A stretch of 64,000 bases of DNA from Escherichia coli (GTDB taxonomy: Bacteria > Pseudomonadota > Gammaproteobacteria > Enterobacterales > Enterobacteriaceae): NCBI RefSeq assembly GCF_048403405.1, contig NZ_CP183129.1. One strand, 5' to 3'. A model generated the notes under the pieces. It worked only from the letters and a program-made list of their open reading frames with translations, was not told where the DNA came from and did not search any database. The position numbers and the translations under genes are program-made. Below, piece by piece: positions 27,178 to 35,933 of this stretch. Position 1 is the stretch's first letter. Every line of letters starts with the position of its first letter.

Positions 27178-27492
27178 ATGATCCGCAAAGCCTTTGTCAT
27201 GCAGGTTAACCCCGACGCCCACGAAGAGTATCAGCGTCGGCATAATCCAATCTGGCCGGAACTGGAAGCAGTGTTGAAATCTCACGGTGCGCATAACTAC
27301 GCCATTTACCTCGACAAAGCGCGTAATCTGCTATTTGCCACAGTAGAGATTGAATCTGAAGAACGGTGGAATGCGGTAGCCAGTACTGATGTTTGCCAAC
27401 GTTGGTGGAAATATATGACCGACGTTATGCCAGCTAACCCGGATAACAGCCCAGTCAGTAGCGAGCTGCAAGACGTGTTTTACCTGCCTTAA
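27178..27492 (+). CDS. rhaM: L-rhamnose mutarotase
   Basis: The protein is 104 aa and begins [41 protein letters not shown]. Confidence 0.93.
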   Translation: MIRKAFVMQVNPDAHEEYQRRHNPIWPELEAVLKSHGAHNYAIYLDKARNLLFATVEIESEERWNAVASTDVCQRWWKYMTDVMPANPDNSPVSSELQDVFYLP

Positions 27493-27532
27493 TGAGTTGC
27501 GGTGCCGGAAAATATCCAGCACCGCGCCTTCA

Positions 27533-28927
27533 TCAGAAGAAGTATTTAAAGCGAACGCGTGCCCCGTAACGGTCATCAGTATCATCACCGTGTTTTTTAT
27601 CACCGTCGCTATCCAGAATGGAGTAATACGTCCCGAGGTAAATATTAAAGTTCTCCATATCCATCACATTAGCGAACTGATAAGACGCATGAATGGTATG
27701 AATGGTGTACGTCCCTTCATCATCAATCCAGCAGTCGTTATCACAAACTACACCGCTGAATTCATCAATCTTATTGTGCGCGTAGATATAACCGAGCTCG
27801 AAACGTTTCCACAGCGCGTTAATCCCGGCAGTGAAATCTTTCTCATTATTAGCATCTAAATAGGCGGTATTAAGATTAACCACGACGCCATTTTCCGGAT
27901 CCGTTTTCAGGCCATTCCAGGTCATGCTCATACCATAGCCGGTACGATCGGACTGATCGACAAAATTACCCTTGCTATCGGTATAACCATAAGCATTATT
28001 TACCACGTTCGCTTCCATCGCTGCGGAAACGGTGAATTCTTCTGTCGGCGACCAGGCAATTACCGGACGCAGATAAGCAACATTTTTCTGCTGCTCCATA
28101 TCGCGTCCATGATAATTACCGTCATTATATAAAGATGTTCCGTCTTCAAGTAACGTGTTTAATTCAAAATACCAGTTATCGAGTTGTTTGCTGACGAGGA
28201 AATTACCGCCAGCGTTAGAGCGCCCGCGGCCCTCTTTCATCATATAGATATAACCGCTGCCATCGTCATAAAGATCGTTCGCAGTATTACCGGAATGTTC
28301 AACAAAGGTATCCTGATTCAGCGGGAACATATCATAGGCTTCGAAACGACCGACTTTGACCTTCCAGTCATTCTCTTTCCCAAAGAAGAATACCGCGTCA
28401 TCAATATTCACTGAACCGTGCATATCCCCCAGCGGTTGTGCGGAGAACCCGGCGAAATAACCATTATCCAGTTTTCGCATACCATCAAAACCTAACAGAA
28501 TACGACCATTGAGATTCCACTGTTCATTAGTGGGATCGCTATTCACATCAGCGTTGGTCATTGCCAGCAGGCCATGATTACTTTCTGCATCCATATTAAA
28601 TTCTACGTCGCCGTAGATTTTTAAATCGCCATAACCTGAGAGCAAAAGATTAGGTGAGGTGGAATTTTTCTTTGCAGATTCCGCCGTTGCCTGTCCATTT
28701 ACCGGCGTATTGCCCTGGGCAGCCTTAATTTCGCGGATCTCAGCGGCTTGTTGTGTCTGCAGCTGTTTAACCTGGCTCTCTGCTTTTGCTGCCCGCATTT
28801 CTGCCGCTTCCAGGCGTTCTTCCAGCAATGCCATGCGTTGTTCCAGCGTTAAATGCTGTGTTTTTGCCATTCCGGTACTACATGCCAATAATAAACCGAT
28901 GGCTAAAGATAATGTCGATTTTTTCAT
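27533..28927 (-). CDS. Accessory outer-membrane glycoporin-like protein (sugar-porin type with an N-terminal coiled-coil extension; RafY/ScrY/OprB-like, family not verified)
   Basis: The 464-aa protein has a signal peptide (MKKSTLSLAIGLLLACSTGMA|KT). A heptad-like stretch follows (LTLEQRMALLEERLEAAEMRAAKAESQVKQLQ). The remainder has alternating aromatic/polar beta-strand character and ends with the OMP terminus RVRFKYFF. The gene is AT-rich (about 38% GC in sampled lines). Confidence 0.7.
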   Translation of the reverse strand: MKKSTLSLAIGLLLACSTGMAKTQHLTLEQRMALLEERLEAAEMRAAKAESQVKQLQTQQAAEIREIKAAQGNTPVNGQATAESAKKNSTSPNLLLSGYGDLKIYGDVEFNMDAESNHGLLAMTNADVNSDPTNEQWNLNGRILLGFDGMRKLDNGYFAGFSAQPLGDMHGSVNIDDAVFFFGKENDWKVKVGRFEAYDMFPLNQDTFVEHSGNTANDLYDDGSGYIYMMKEGRGRSNAGGNFLVSKQLDNWYFELNTLLEDGTSLYNDGNYHGRDMEQQKNVAYLRPVIAWSPTEEFTVSAAMEANVVNNAYGYTDSKGNFVDQSDRTGYGMSMTWNGLKTDPENGVVVNLNTAYLDANNEKDFTAGINALWKRFELGYIYAHNKIDEFSGVVCDNDCWIDDEGTYTIHTIHASYQFANVMDMENFNIYLGTYYSILDSDGDKKHGDDTDDRYGARVRFKYFF

Positions 28928-29403
28928 TATTTACGTTCCCTGAAATAAAAGAGACCCTACGCTTTCCAAAAGGAATACGTATATAGAGAAATATAAGGTG
29001 TGCACTTTCGAATTTTTAATCCAACTTCAGCAGGCCGATGGATAGTATCCCGCTGCATAATATGAGTAAATCCGCTGATTTCCTGGAACGTGAGGAATAT
29101 AACAATAGTGCCGTTTTTAACCAAATATCGTAAAAAATATTAGATATAATTCACGCTGACTCATAAGCCACAAATATAAATAACCTTGCTGCAAAACATG
29201 TGCGGCAGTTAAACATTCACAACATCATTAAATAATGATTTTTTATTCACTGCATTTATTTTTCCCATCAATATGTGCCTTACACCGCAAAATTTATCCT
29301 TCACTCTGCCTTATATTGTCACGACTTCACGACATATCCGCGCTCATCACAAAACCGCCCCGCCGTTACAATTAACTATAATATTTTTTCATGGAGTCCA
29401 ATA

Positions 29404-29850
29404 ATGGCAGCACTTACTGCAAGCTGTATTGACCTGAATATTCAGGGCAATGGCGCTTATTCCGTTCTGAAGCAGTTGGCGACAATGGCGTTACAAAACG
29501 GTTTTATCACCGACTCACACCAGTTCCTGCAAACCCTGCTGCTGCGCGAAAAAATGCACTCCACCGGTTTTGGTTCCGGCATCGCCGTGCCGCACGGTAA
29601 AAGCGCCTGCGTTAAACAACCGTTCGTGTTATTCGCCCGCAAAGCGCAGGCCATTGACTGGAAAGCCAGCGACGGCGAAGACGTCAATTGCTGGATCTGC
29701 CTCGGCGTGCCGCAAAGTGGCGAAGAGGATCAGGTCAAAATCATCGGCACACTGTGTCGCAAAATTATCCACCAGGATTTTATCAACCAACTGCGACAGG
29801 GCGACGCCGACCAGGTGCTTGCTTTGTTAAATCAAACCCTCAGCTCATAA
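29404..29850 (+). CDS. frvA: PTS fructose-like EIIA component
   Basis: The 148-aa protein (MAALTASCIDLNIQGNGAYSVLKQLA...) has the PTS EIIA type-2 His region GSGIAVPHGKS. It was trimmed from ORF start 29275. Confidence 0.9.
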   Translation: MAALTASCIDLNIQGNGAYSVLKQLATMALQNGFITDSHQFLQTLLLREKMHSTGFGSGIAVPHGKSACVKQPFVLFARKAQAIDWKASDGEDVNCWICLGVPQSGEEDQVKIIGTLCRKIIHQDFINQLRQGDADQVLALLNQTLSS

Positions 29851-29860
29851 GGAAGTGGCG

Positions 29861-31312
29861 ATGGAGTCATCCTTACGTATTGTCGCGATCACCAACTGCC
29901 CCGCCGGGATCGCTCACACCTACATGGTGGCGGAAGCCCTGGAACAGAAAGCCCGTTCTCTCGGTCATACCATTAAAGTTGAAACTCAAGGATCAAGCGG
30001 CGTCGAAAACCGCTTATCCAGCGAAGAGATTGCCGCTGCCGATTACGTGATTTTCGCCACCGGGCGTGGCCTGAGCGGTGACGATCGCGCGCGATTTGCC
30101 GGGAAAATGGTTTATGAGATTGCCATCTCCCAGGCGCTGAAAAATATCGACCAGATTTTCAGTGAATTACCGACAAACTCACAACTTTTTGCCGCAGATA
30201 GCGGCGTGAAGCTCGGCAAACAGGAAGTGCAAAGTGGCAGCGTAATGAGCCATCTGATGGCGGGTGTCTCTGCGGCGCTGCCGTTTGTCATCGGTGGCGG
30301 TATCCTGGTGGCGCTTGCCAACATGCTGGTGCAGTTCGGTTTGCCGTATACCGATATGTCGAAAGGCGCGCCGTCGTTTACCTGGGTGGTTGAATCCATC
30401 GGTTATCTCGGCTTCACCTTTATGATCCCCATCATGGGCGCTTATATTGCCTCGTCGATTGCCGATAAACCCGCTTTCGCTCCGGCGTTTCTGGTTTGCT
30501 ATCTGGCGAATGACAAAGCCCTGCTCGGCACCCAGTCTGGCGCGGGCTTCCTCGGCGCGGTGGTGCTGGGGCTGGCGATTGGCTATTTCGTCTTCTGGTT
30601 CCGTAAAGTGCGCCTTGGCAAAGCATTACAACCGCTGCTCGGTTCCATGCTGATCCCGTTCGTCACTCTGCTGGTTTTCGGCGTACTGACTTACTACGTT
30701 ATCGGACCGGTGATGTCCGACCTCATGGGCGGGTTGCTGCACTTCCTGAACACCATTCCTCCGTCAATGAAGTTTGCGGCAGCGTTTTTGGTCGGTGCGA
30801 TGCTGGCGTTCGATATGGGCGGCCCTATCAATAAAACCGCCTGGTTCTTCTGCTTCTCACTGCTGGAAAAACACATTTACGACTGGTACGCCATCGTCGG
30901 CGTTGTCGCGCTGATGCCGCCTGTCGCGGCGGGTCTTGCGACGTTCATTGCGCCCAAACTGTTTACCCGACAGGAAAAAGAGGCTGCCAGTAGTGCCATT
31001 GTGGTCGGTGCCACAGTCGCAACCGAACCGGCTATTCCTTACGCTCTGGCAGCTCCGTTGCCGATGATTACCGCCAATACGCTGGCGGGCGGTATTACCG
31101 GCGTGCTGGTGATCGCTTTCGGAATCAAACGTCTGGCGCCAGGTTTGGGTATCTTTGACCCGCTGATCGGCCTGATGTCGCCGGTGGGTTCGTTTTATCT
31201 GGTGCTGGCGATTGGCCTCGCGCTGAACATTTCATTCATTATCGTCCTGAAAGGATTATGGTTACGCCGCAAAGCGAAAGCCGCGCAACAGGAGCTTGTC
31301 CATGAACATTGA
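29861..31312 (+). CDS. frvB: PTS fructose-like EIIBC component
   Basis: The protein is about 483 aa (MESSLRIVAITNCPAGIAHTYMVAEALE...), with an EIIB Cys followed by a polytopic EIIC domain. An alternative start lies at 29855. Confidence 0.9.
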   Translation: MESSLRIVAITNCPAGIAHTYMVAEALEQKARSLGHTIKVETQGSSGVENRLSSEEIAAADYVIFATGRGLSGDDRARFAGKMVYEIAISQALKNIDQIFSELPTNSQLFAADSGVKLGKQEVQSGSVMSHLMAGVSAALPFVIGGGILVALANMLVQFGLPYTDMSKGAPSFTWVVESIGYLGFTFMIPIMGAYIASSIADKPAFAPAFLVCYLANDKALLGTQSGAGFLGAVVLGLAIGYFVFWFRKVRLGKALQPLLGSMLIPFVTLLVFGVLTYYVIGPVMSDLMGGLLHFLNTIPPSMKFAAAFLVGAMLAFDMGGPINKTAWFFCFSLLEKHIYDWYAIVGVVALMPPVAAGLATFIAPKLFTRQEKEAASSAIVVGATVATEPAIPYALAAPLPMITANTLAGGITGVLVIAFGIKRLAPGLGIFDPLIGLMSPVGSFYLVLAIGLALNISFIIVLKGLWLRRKAKAAQQELVHEH

Positions 31313-32372
31313 GTTACTGCAACAGTTGTGCGAAGCCAGCGCCGTCAGCGGCGATGAACAGGAAGTTCGCGACATCCTGATAAACACGCTGGAACCTTGC
31401 GTTAATGAAATCACCTTTGATGGTCTGGGTAGCTTTGTTGCCCGTAAGGGGAATAAAGGTCCAAAAGTTGCCGTTGTCGGGCATATGGATGAAGTCGGCT
31501 TTATGGTCACCCACATCGACGAGAGCGGTTTTTTGCGTTTCACCACCATTGGTGGCTGGTGGAATCAGTCGATGCTCAACCACCGGGTAACCATACGCAC
31601 ACACAAGGGAGTGAAAATCCCTGGTGTGATTGGTTCCGTCGCGCCTCATGCGTTAACCGAAAAGCAAAAGCAACAGCCGCTTTCATTTGATGAGATGTTC
31701 ATTGATATTGGCGCGTACAGTCGCGAAGAGGTGGAAAAACGCGGCGTGGAAATTGGCAATTTTATTAGCCCGGAAGCCAATTTTGCCTGCTGGGGCGAAG
31801 ATAAAGTGGTCGGCAAGGCTCTGGATAATCGCATCGGCTGCGCGATGATGGCTGAGCTACTACAGACAGTAAATAACCCCGAAATTACGCTGTACGGCGT
31901 CGGCAGCGTGGAAGAAGAAGTTGGGCTACGCGGGGCACAAACCTCGGCTGAACACACTAAACCGGATGTGGTGATCGTGCTGGATACCGCTGTCGCAGGT
32001 GATGTTCCGGGCATTGATAACATAAAATACCCTCTGAAACTGGGCAACGGGCCGGGGCTGATGCTGTTTGACAAGCGCTACTTCCCCAACCAGAAACTGG
32101 TAGCAGCGTTAAAAAGCTGTGCCACGCAGAATGATTTACCGCTGCAATTTTCCACTATGAAAACCGGTGCGACGGATGGCGGGCGCTACAACGTGATGGG
32201 CGGCGGGCGTCCGGTTGTCGCGCTGTGCTTGCCAACTCGTTATCTGCACGCCAACAGCGGCATGATTTCAACAACCGATTACGATGCTCTGCTCACGTTG
32301 ATACGGGATTTTCTGACCACCTTAACCGCAGAGAAAGTCAACGCGTTTAGCCAGTTCCGTCAGGTGGATTAA
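31302..32372 (+). CDS. frvX: M42-family aminopeptidase/endoglucanase-like protein FrvX
   Basis: The protein is 356 aa and begins MNIELLQQLCEASAVSGDEQEVRDILINTLEP. It also contains the HMDEVGFMV motif. Confidence 0.9.
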   Translation: MNIELLQQLCEASAVSGDEQEVRDILINTLEPCVNEITFDGLGSFVARKGNKGPKVAVVGHMDEVGFMVTHIDESGFLRFTTIGGWWNQSMLNHRVTIRTHKGVKIPGVIGSVAPHALTEKQKQQPLSFDEMFIDIGAYSREEVEKRGVEIGNFISPEANFACWGEDKVVGKALDNRIGCAMMAELLQTVNNPEITLYGVGSVEEEVGLRGAQTSAEHTKPDVVIVLDTAVAGDVPGIDNIKYPLKLGNGPGLMLFDKRYFPNQKLVAALKSCATQNDLPLQFSTMKTGATDGGRYNVMGGGRPVVALCLPTRYLHANSGMISTTDYDALLTLIRDFLTTLTAEKVNAFSQFRQVD

Positions 32373-34120
32373 TGCTAAACGAACGCCAGTTAAAGATTGT
32401 CGATCTGCTGGAGCAACAGCCGCGCACGCCTGGCGAGCTGGCGCATCAGACTGGCGTTTCTGGCAGGACCATCCTGCGTGATATTGACTATCTCAACTTC
32501 ACCCTTAACGGCAAAGCCCGCATTTTCGCCAGTGGCAGTGCGGGCTATCAGCTGGAAATCTTCGAGCGCCGCAGCTTTTTTCAGTTGCTGCAAAAGCACG
32601 ATAACGACGATCGGCTGCTGGCGCTGTTATTACTGAATACCTTTACTCCCCGTGCGCAACTCGCCTCGGCGCTTAATTTGCCAGAAACGTGGGTAGCAGA
32701 GCGCCTGCCCCGCCTGAAACAGCGTTATGAACGTACTTGCTGCCTGGCCAGTCGCCCCGGTTTGGGCCATTTCATTGATGAGACAGAAGAGAAACGCGTT
32801 ATATTGCTGGCGAACTTGCTGCGCAAAGATCCGTTTTTAATTCCGCTGGCGGGCGTAACACGAGACAACCTTCAGCATTTATCCACGGCCTGCGACAACC
32901 AACACCGCTGGCCGCTCATGCAGGGTGATTATCTCTCCAGCCTGATTCTGGCGATTTACGCCCTGCGTAATCAACTGACCGATGAGTGGCCGCAATATCC
33001 CGGTGACGAGATAAAACAAATCGTTGAATATAGCGGCCTGTTTCTTGGTGATAACGCTGTAAGAACGTTGACGGGGTTGATAGAAAAACAGCATCAACAG
33101 GCGCAGGTTATTTGTGTCGATAATGTGCTGGCATTGCTGCAAAGGGTGCCGGGCATTGCGTCATTGAATATTATTGATACGCAACTGGTTGAGAATATTA
33201 CCGGGCATTTATTACGTTGCCTTGCCGCGCCGGTGTGGATTGGTGAGCACCGCCAAAGCAGCATGAATAACCTGAAAGCCGCCTGGCCTGCGGCCTTTGA
33301 TATGAGTCTGCACTTTATTACGCTACTGCGTGAACAACTCGATATTCCCCTTTTCGACAGCGATCTGATCGGTTTGTATTTTGCCTGTGCGCTGGAACGG
33401 CATCAAAACGAACGCCAGCCGATCATTTTGCTCTCGGACCAGAACGCGATTGCCACTATTAATCAGCTCGCTATTGAGCGCGACGTCCTGAATTGTCGGG
33501 TGATTATTGCCCGCAGCGTAAGCGAACTGGTTGCCATTCGCGAAGAGATTGAGCCGTTATTGATCATTAATAACAGCCATCATTTACTGGATGATGCAGT
33601 CAATAATTGCATCATCGTAAAAAATATCATTACGGCTGCCGGTATCGAACAAATAAAACATTTTCTGGCGACGGCATTTATTCGCCAGCAACCGGAGCGT
33701 TTTTTCTCTGCCCCCGGAAGTTTTCATTATTCGAATGTACGCGGTGAAAGCTGGCAACATATTACCCGGCAAATTTGTGCGCAATTAGTGGCACAACACC
33801 ATATTACCGCCGATGAAGCGCAACGGATCATCGCCCGCGAAGGCGAAGGTGAAAACCTGATTGTTAATCGCCTCGCCATCCCACATTGCTGGAGCGAACA
33901 GGAGCGACGTTTTCGTGGATTTTTTATTACCCTCGCCCAACCAGTTGAGGTGAATAACGAAGTCATTAACCATGTCTTGATCGCCTGTGCCGCCGCCGAT
34001 GCGCGTCATGAGCTAAAAATATTTAGCTATCTGGCAAGCGTATTGTGTCAGCATCCGGCAGAGGTTATTGCCGGGTTAACAGGATATGAGGCATTTATGG
34101 AGTTACTTCACAAGGGGTGA
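32372..34120 (+). CDS. frvR: frv operon regulator (HTH plus PRD/EIIA-like domains)
   Basis: The 582-aa protein begins MLNERQLKIVDLLEQQPRTPGELAHQTGVSGRTILRDIDYL. Its start overlaps the frvX stop by 1 nt. Confidence 0.9.
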   Translation: MLNERQLKIVDLLEQQPRTPGELAHQTGVSGRTILRDIDYLNFTLNGKARIFASGSAGYQLEIFERRSFFQLLQKHDNDDRLLALLLLNTFTPRAQLASALNLPETWVAERLPRLKQRYERTCCLASRPGLGHFIDETEEKRVILLANLLRKDPFLIPLAGVTRDNLQHLSTACDNQHRWPLMQGDYLSSLILAIYALRNQLTDEWPQYPGDEIKQIVEYSGLFLGDNAVRTLTGLIEKQHQQAQVICVDNVLALLQRVPGIASLNIIDTQLVENITGHLLRCLAAPVWIGEHRQSSMNNLKAAWPAAFDMSLHFITLLREQLDIPLFDSDLIGLYFACALERHQNERQPIILLSDQNAIATINQLAIERDVLNCRVIIARSVSELVAIREEIEPLLIINNSHHLLDDAVNNCIIVKNIITAAGIEQIKHFLATAFIRQQPERFFSAPGSFHYSNVRGESWQHITRQICAQLVAQHHITADEAQRIIAREGEGENLIVNRLAIPHCWSEQERRFRGFFITLAQPVEVNNEVINHVLIACAAADARHELKIFSYLASVLCQHPAEVIAGLTGYEAFMELLHKG

Positions 34121-34123
34121 ACT

Positions 34124-34148
34124 GTGTCGGATGCGCCGCATCCGACAC
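34124..34148. terminator. Perfect 12-bp-arm palindrome between convergent frvR and yiiG (REP-like hairpin / probable terminator)
   Basis: The palindrome is gtgtcggatgcg-c-cgcatccgacac. It has no strong T-run. Confidence 0.5.
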
Positions 34149-34194
34149 TGCATTTATCACCAAAATCAAAAATGTTTAACGCAGGCTGTTATAG

Positions 34195-34827
34195 TCATCG
34201 ACCATTTCGTTGTACTCGCATAATGCTCTCGGGAAATGAGTCGTCGACCATCCAGCTTGTGTTTGCATCCTGAAGTTGCTCTTTATCCCAGTCAGAGTAC
34301 GGAACTTTATCTCTGACGCGGCGAACATATTTTTTAGCCTCGAGTTGATACTGGTCTGCCGAATTAATGAACGAGAAATTCATACCGCCTTTATCCGCTT
34401 CTTTGGCCTGCGTCACCAGCGTTTTCAGTTCAGAGACTTTCTTCATTGCCGCATCAACATCAAACTTCTCTTGCGAAATCAGGTTATTAATTTGTTTCGC
34501 TGAAATCATGACTGCCAGAGAGTAGTAGTGGAATGTTTTCCCTTCTCTTTGTTCAATATTTTTCAGTTCCGCAAGCTGGCGCTTATCGTTAATTTCCTGA
34601 ATCGCCGCATGATAAGATTCTGCTACAGGTTCAAAGGCTTCAAGATTTTTTAAGAATGTCTGGTGCAGCGTTTTCCCTTTCGCAAACGCATCGTCTTTAT
34701 AATTTTCCTGGGTGTAATATTTATCCATTTCGTTAATGGTATTACCCAACGCCACGGCAGCATAAATATAACTTACCGCCACGCCATCAATAGGTTGCAG
34801 CGCAGGCGTTAACGCCACTACACGCAT
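34195..34827 (-). pseudogene. yiiG: yiiG (DUF3829 lipoprotein family), apparently 5'-truncated
   Basis: The ORF is 210-220 codons and lacks any signal peptide or lipobox. Similarity to YiiG begins at ..VALTPALQPIDGVAVSYI.. The full-length K-12 protein is recalled as about 351 aa. Only about 40 nt of AT-rich filler separates this ORF from the fdhD terminator. Confidence 0.55.
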
Positions 34828-34863
34828 TTTGTTTATAAATAAAATAATAAAATTCACGAAATG

Positions 34864-34902
34864 AATAAGTCCTGCAATTTAATATATATCGCAGGACTTA
34901 TT
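34864..34902. terminator. Hairpin immediately after the fdhD stop (probable terminator)
   Basis: The hairpin is aataagtcctgc-(15 nt AT loop)-gcaggacttatt. Confidence 0.55.
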
Positions 34903-34906
34903 TTAA

Positions 34907-35740
34907 TTAATTGCTCAAACGCTGCGGATGGGTATAAACCGTTGCCCGACCCGGTTTACAAAAGCCCACCAGCGTCAAATTACAGCGTTCAGCCACTTCT
35001 ACAGCAAGCGTGGTCGCGGCAGACACCGCAAACAAAATCTCTACGCCGCACATCGCCGACTTTTGCACCATTTCATAACTGGCACGACTGGAAACCAGCA
35101 CCGCACCTTGCTGCCAGCTTTCCCCTTCTTGCGCCCGGCGGCCCAGCAGTTTATCCAGCGCCACATGGCGACCCACGTCTTCATGCCCGCCGACCAGTTC
35201 GCCAGATGGCAACATCCAGGCGGCGGCGTGAGTACAACCGGTCAGTTGCCCCACTGGCTGAAAATCATTGAGATGACGTAATGCATCATCCAGTTTGTTG
35301 AGATCAAACGTCTGGGTGAACGGTAGCGGCTGCACCGGTTTTCCGATGTCATTAAGTTGCTCCACGCCGCATACGCCACAGCCCGTACGTCCCGCCAGCG
35401 CCCGGCGGCGCTCCTTCAACCCCATAAAGCGGCGGCTGGAAAGCTCAATTTGTACTTCAAGACCATTACAGGAAGGAACGACATCCATGCCGAAGATATC
35501 GCGCGGACTTTCGATAATCCCCTCGGAAAGCGAAAAACCGAGCGCAAAGTACTCAAGGTCTTTGGGCGACGCCATCATCACCACATGCGAAATGCCGTTG
35601 TAGACCAGCGCAACGGGAACTTCTTCCGCGACCTCATCTAACCGTGGGTGTTGTAAATCATCACGCCGCCATAACTCAATTTGACGAACACCTGTGACAT
35701 TTGTCACATTTTCGATTTCTTTTTGCTGTGTTTTTTTCAC
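34907..35740 (-). CDS. fdhD: Formate dehydrogenase sulfurtransferase/maturation protein FdhD
   Basis: The 277-aa protein begins [29 protein letters not shown]. It is divergent from fdoG. Confidence 0.95.
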   Translation of the reverse strand: MKKTQQKEIENVTNVTGVRQIELWRRDDLQHPRLDEVAEEVPVALVYNGISHVVMMASPKDLEYFALGFSLSEGIIESPRDIFGMDVVPSCNGLEVQIELSSRRFMGLKERRRALAGRTGCGVCGVEQLNDIGKPVQPLPFTQTFDLNKLDDALRHLNDFQPVGQLTGCTHAAAWMLPSGELVGGHEDVGRHVALDKLLGRRAQEGESWQQGAVLVSSRASYEMVQKSAMCGVEILFAVSAATTLAVEVAERCNLTLVGFCKPGRATVYTHPQRLSN

Positions 35741-35933
35741 TTTCTCTTAACCAGATAAGAACACACACACCAACATTATGGTATTCTGTTACAAACCCTT
35801 CCTGGATGGAGGGAAATTGAGCCAATTCTGGACCTTTGCGGCCCCTTCCGCAAAGAAAAATAACTCCCACTCCCTGCACACGCAGCAAGCGAATGTAAAT
35901 GGGACGTGACAATGTCGAAACAAGGAGCAATCC

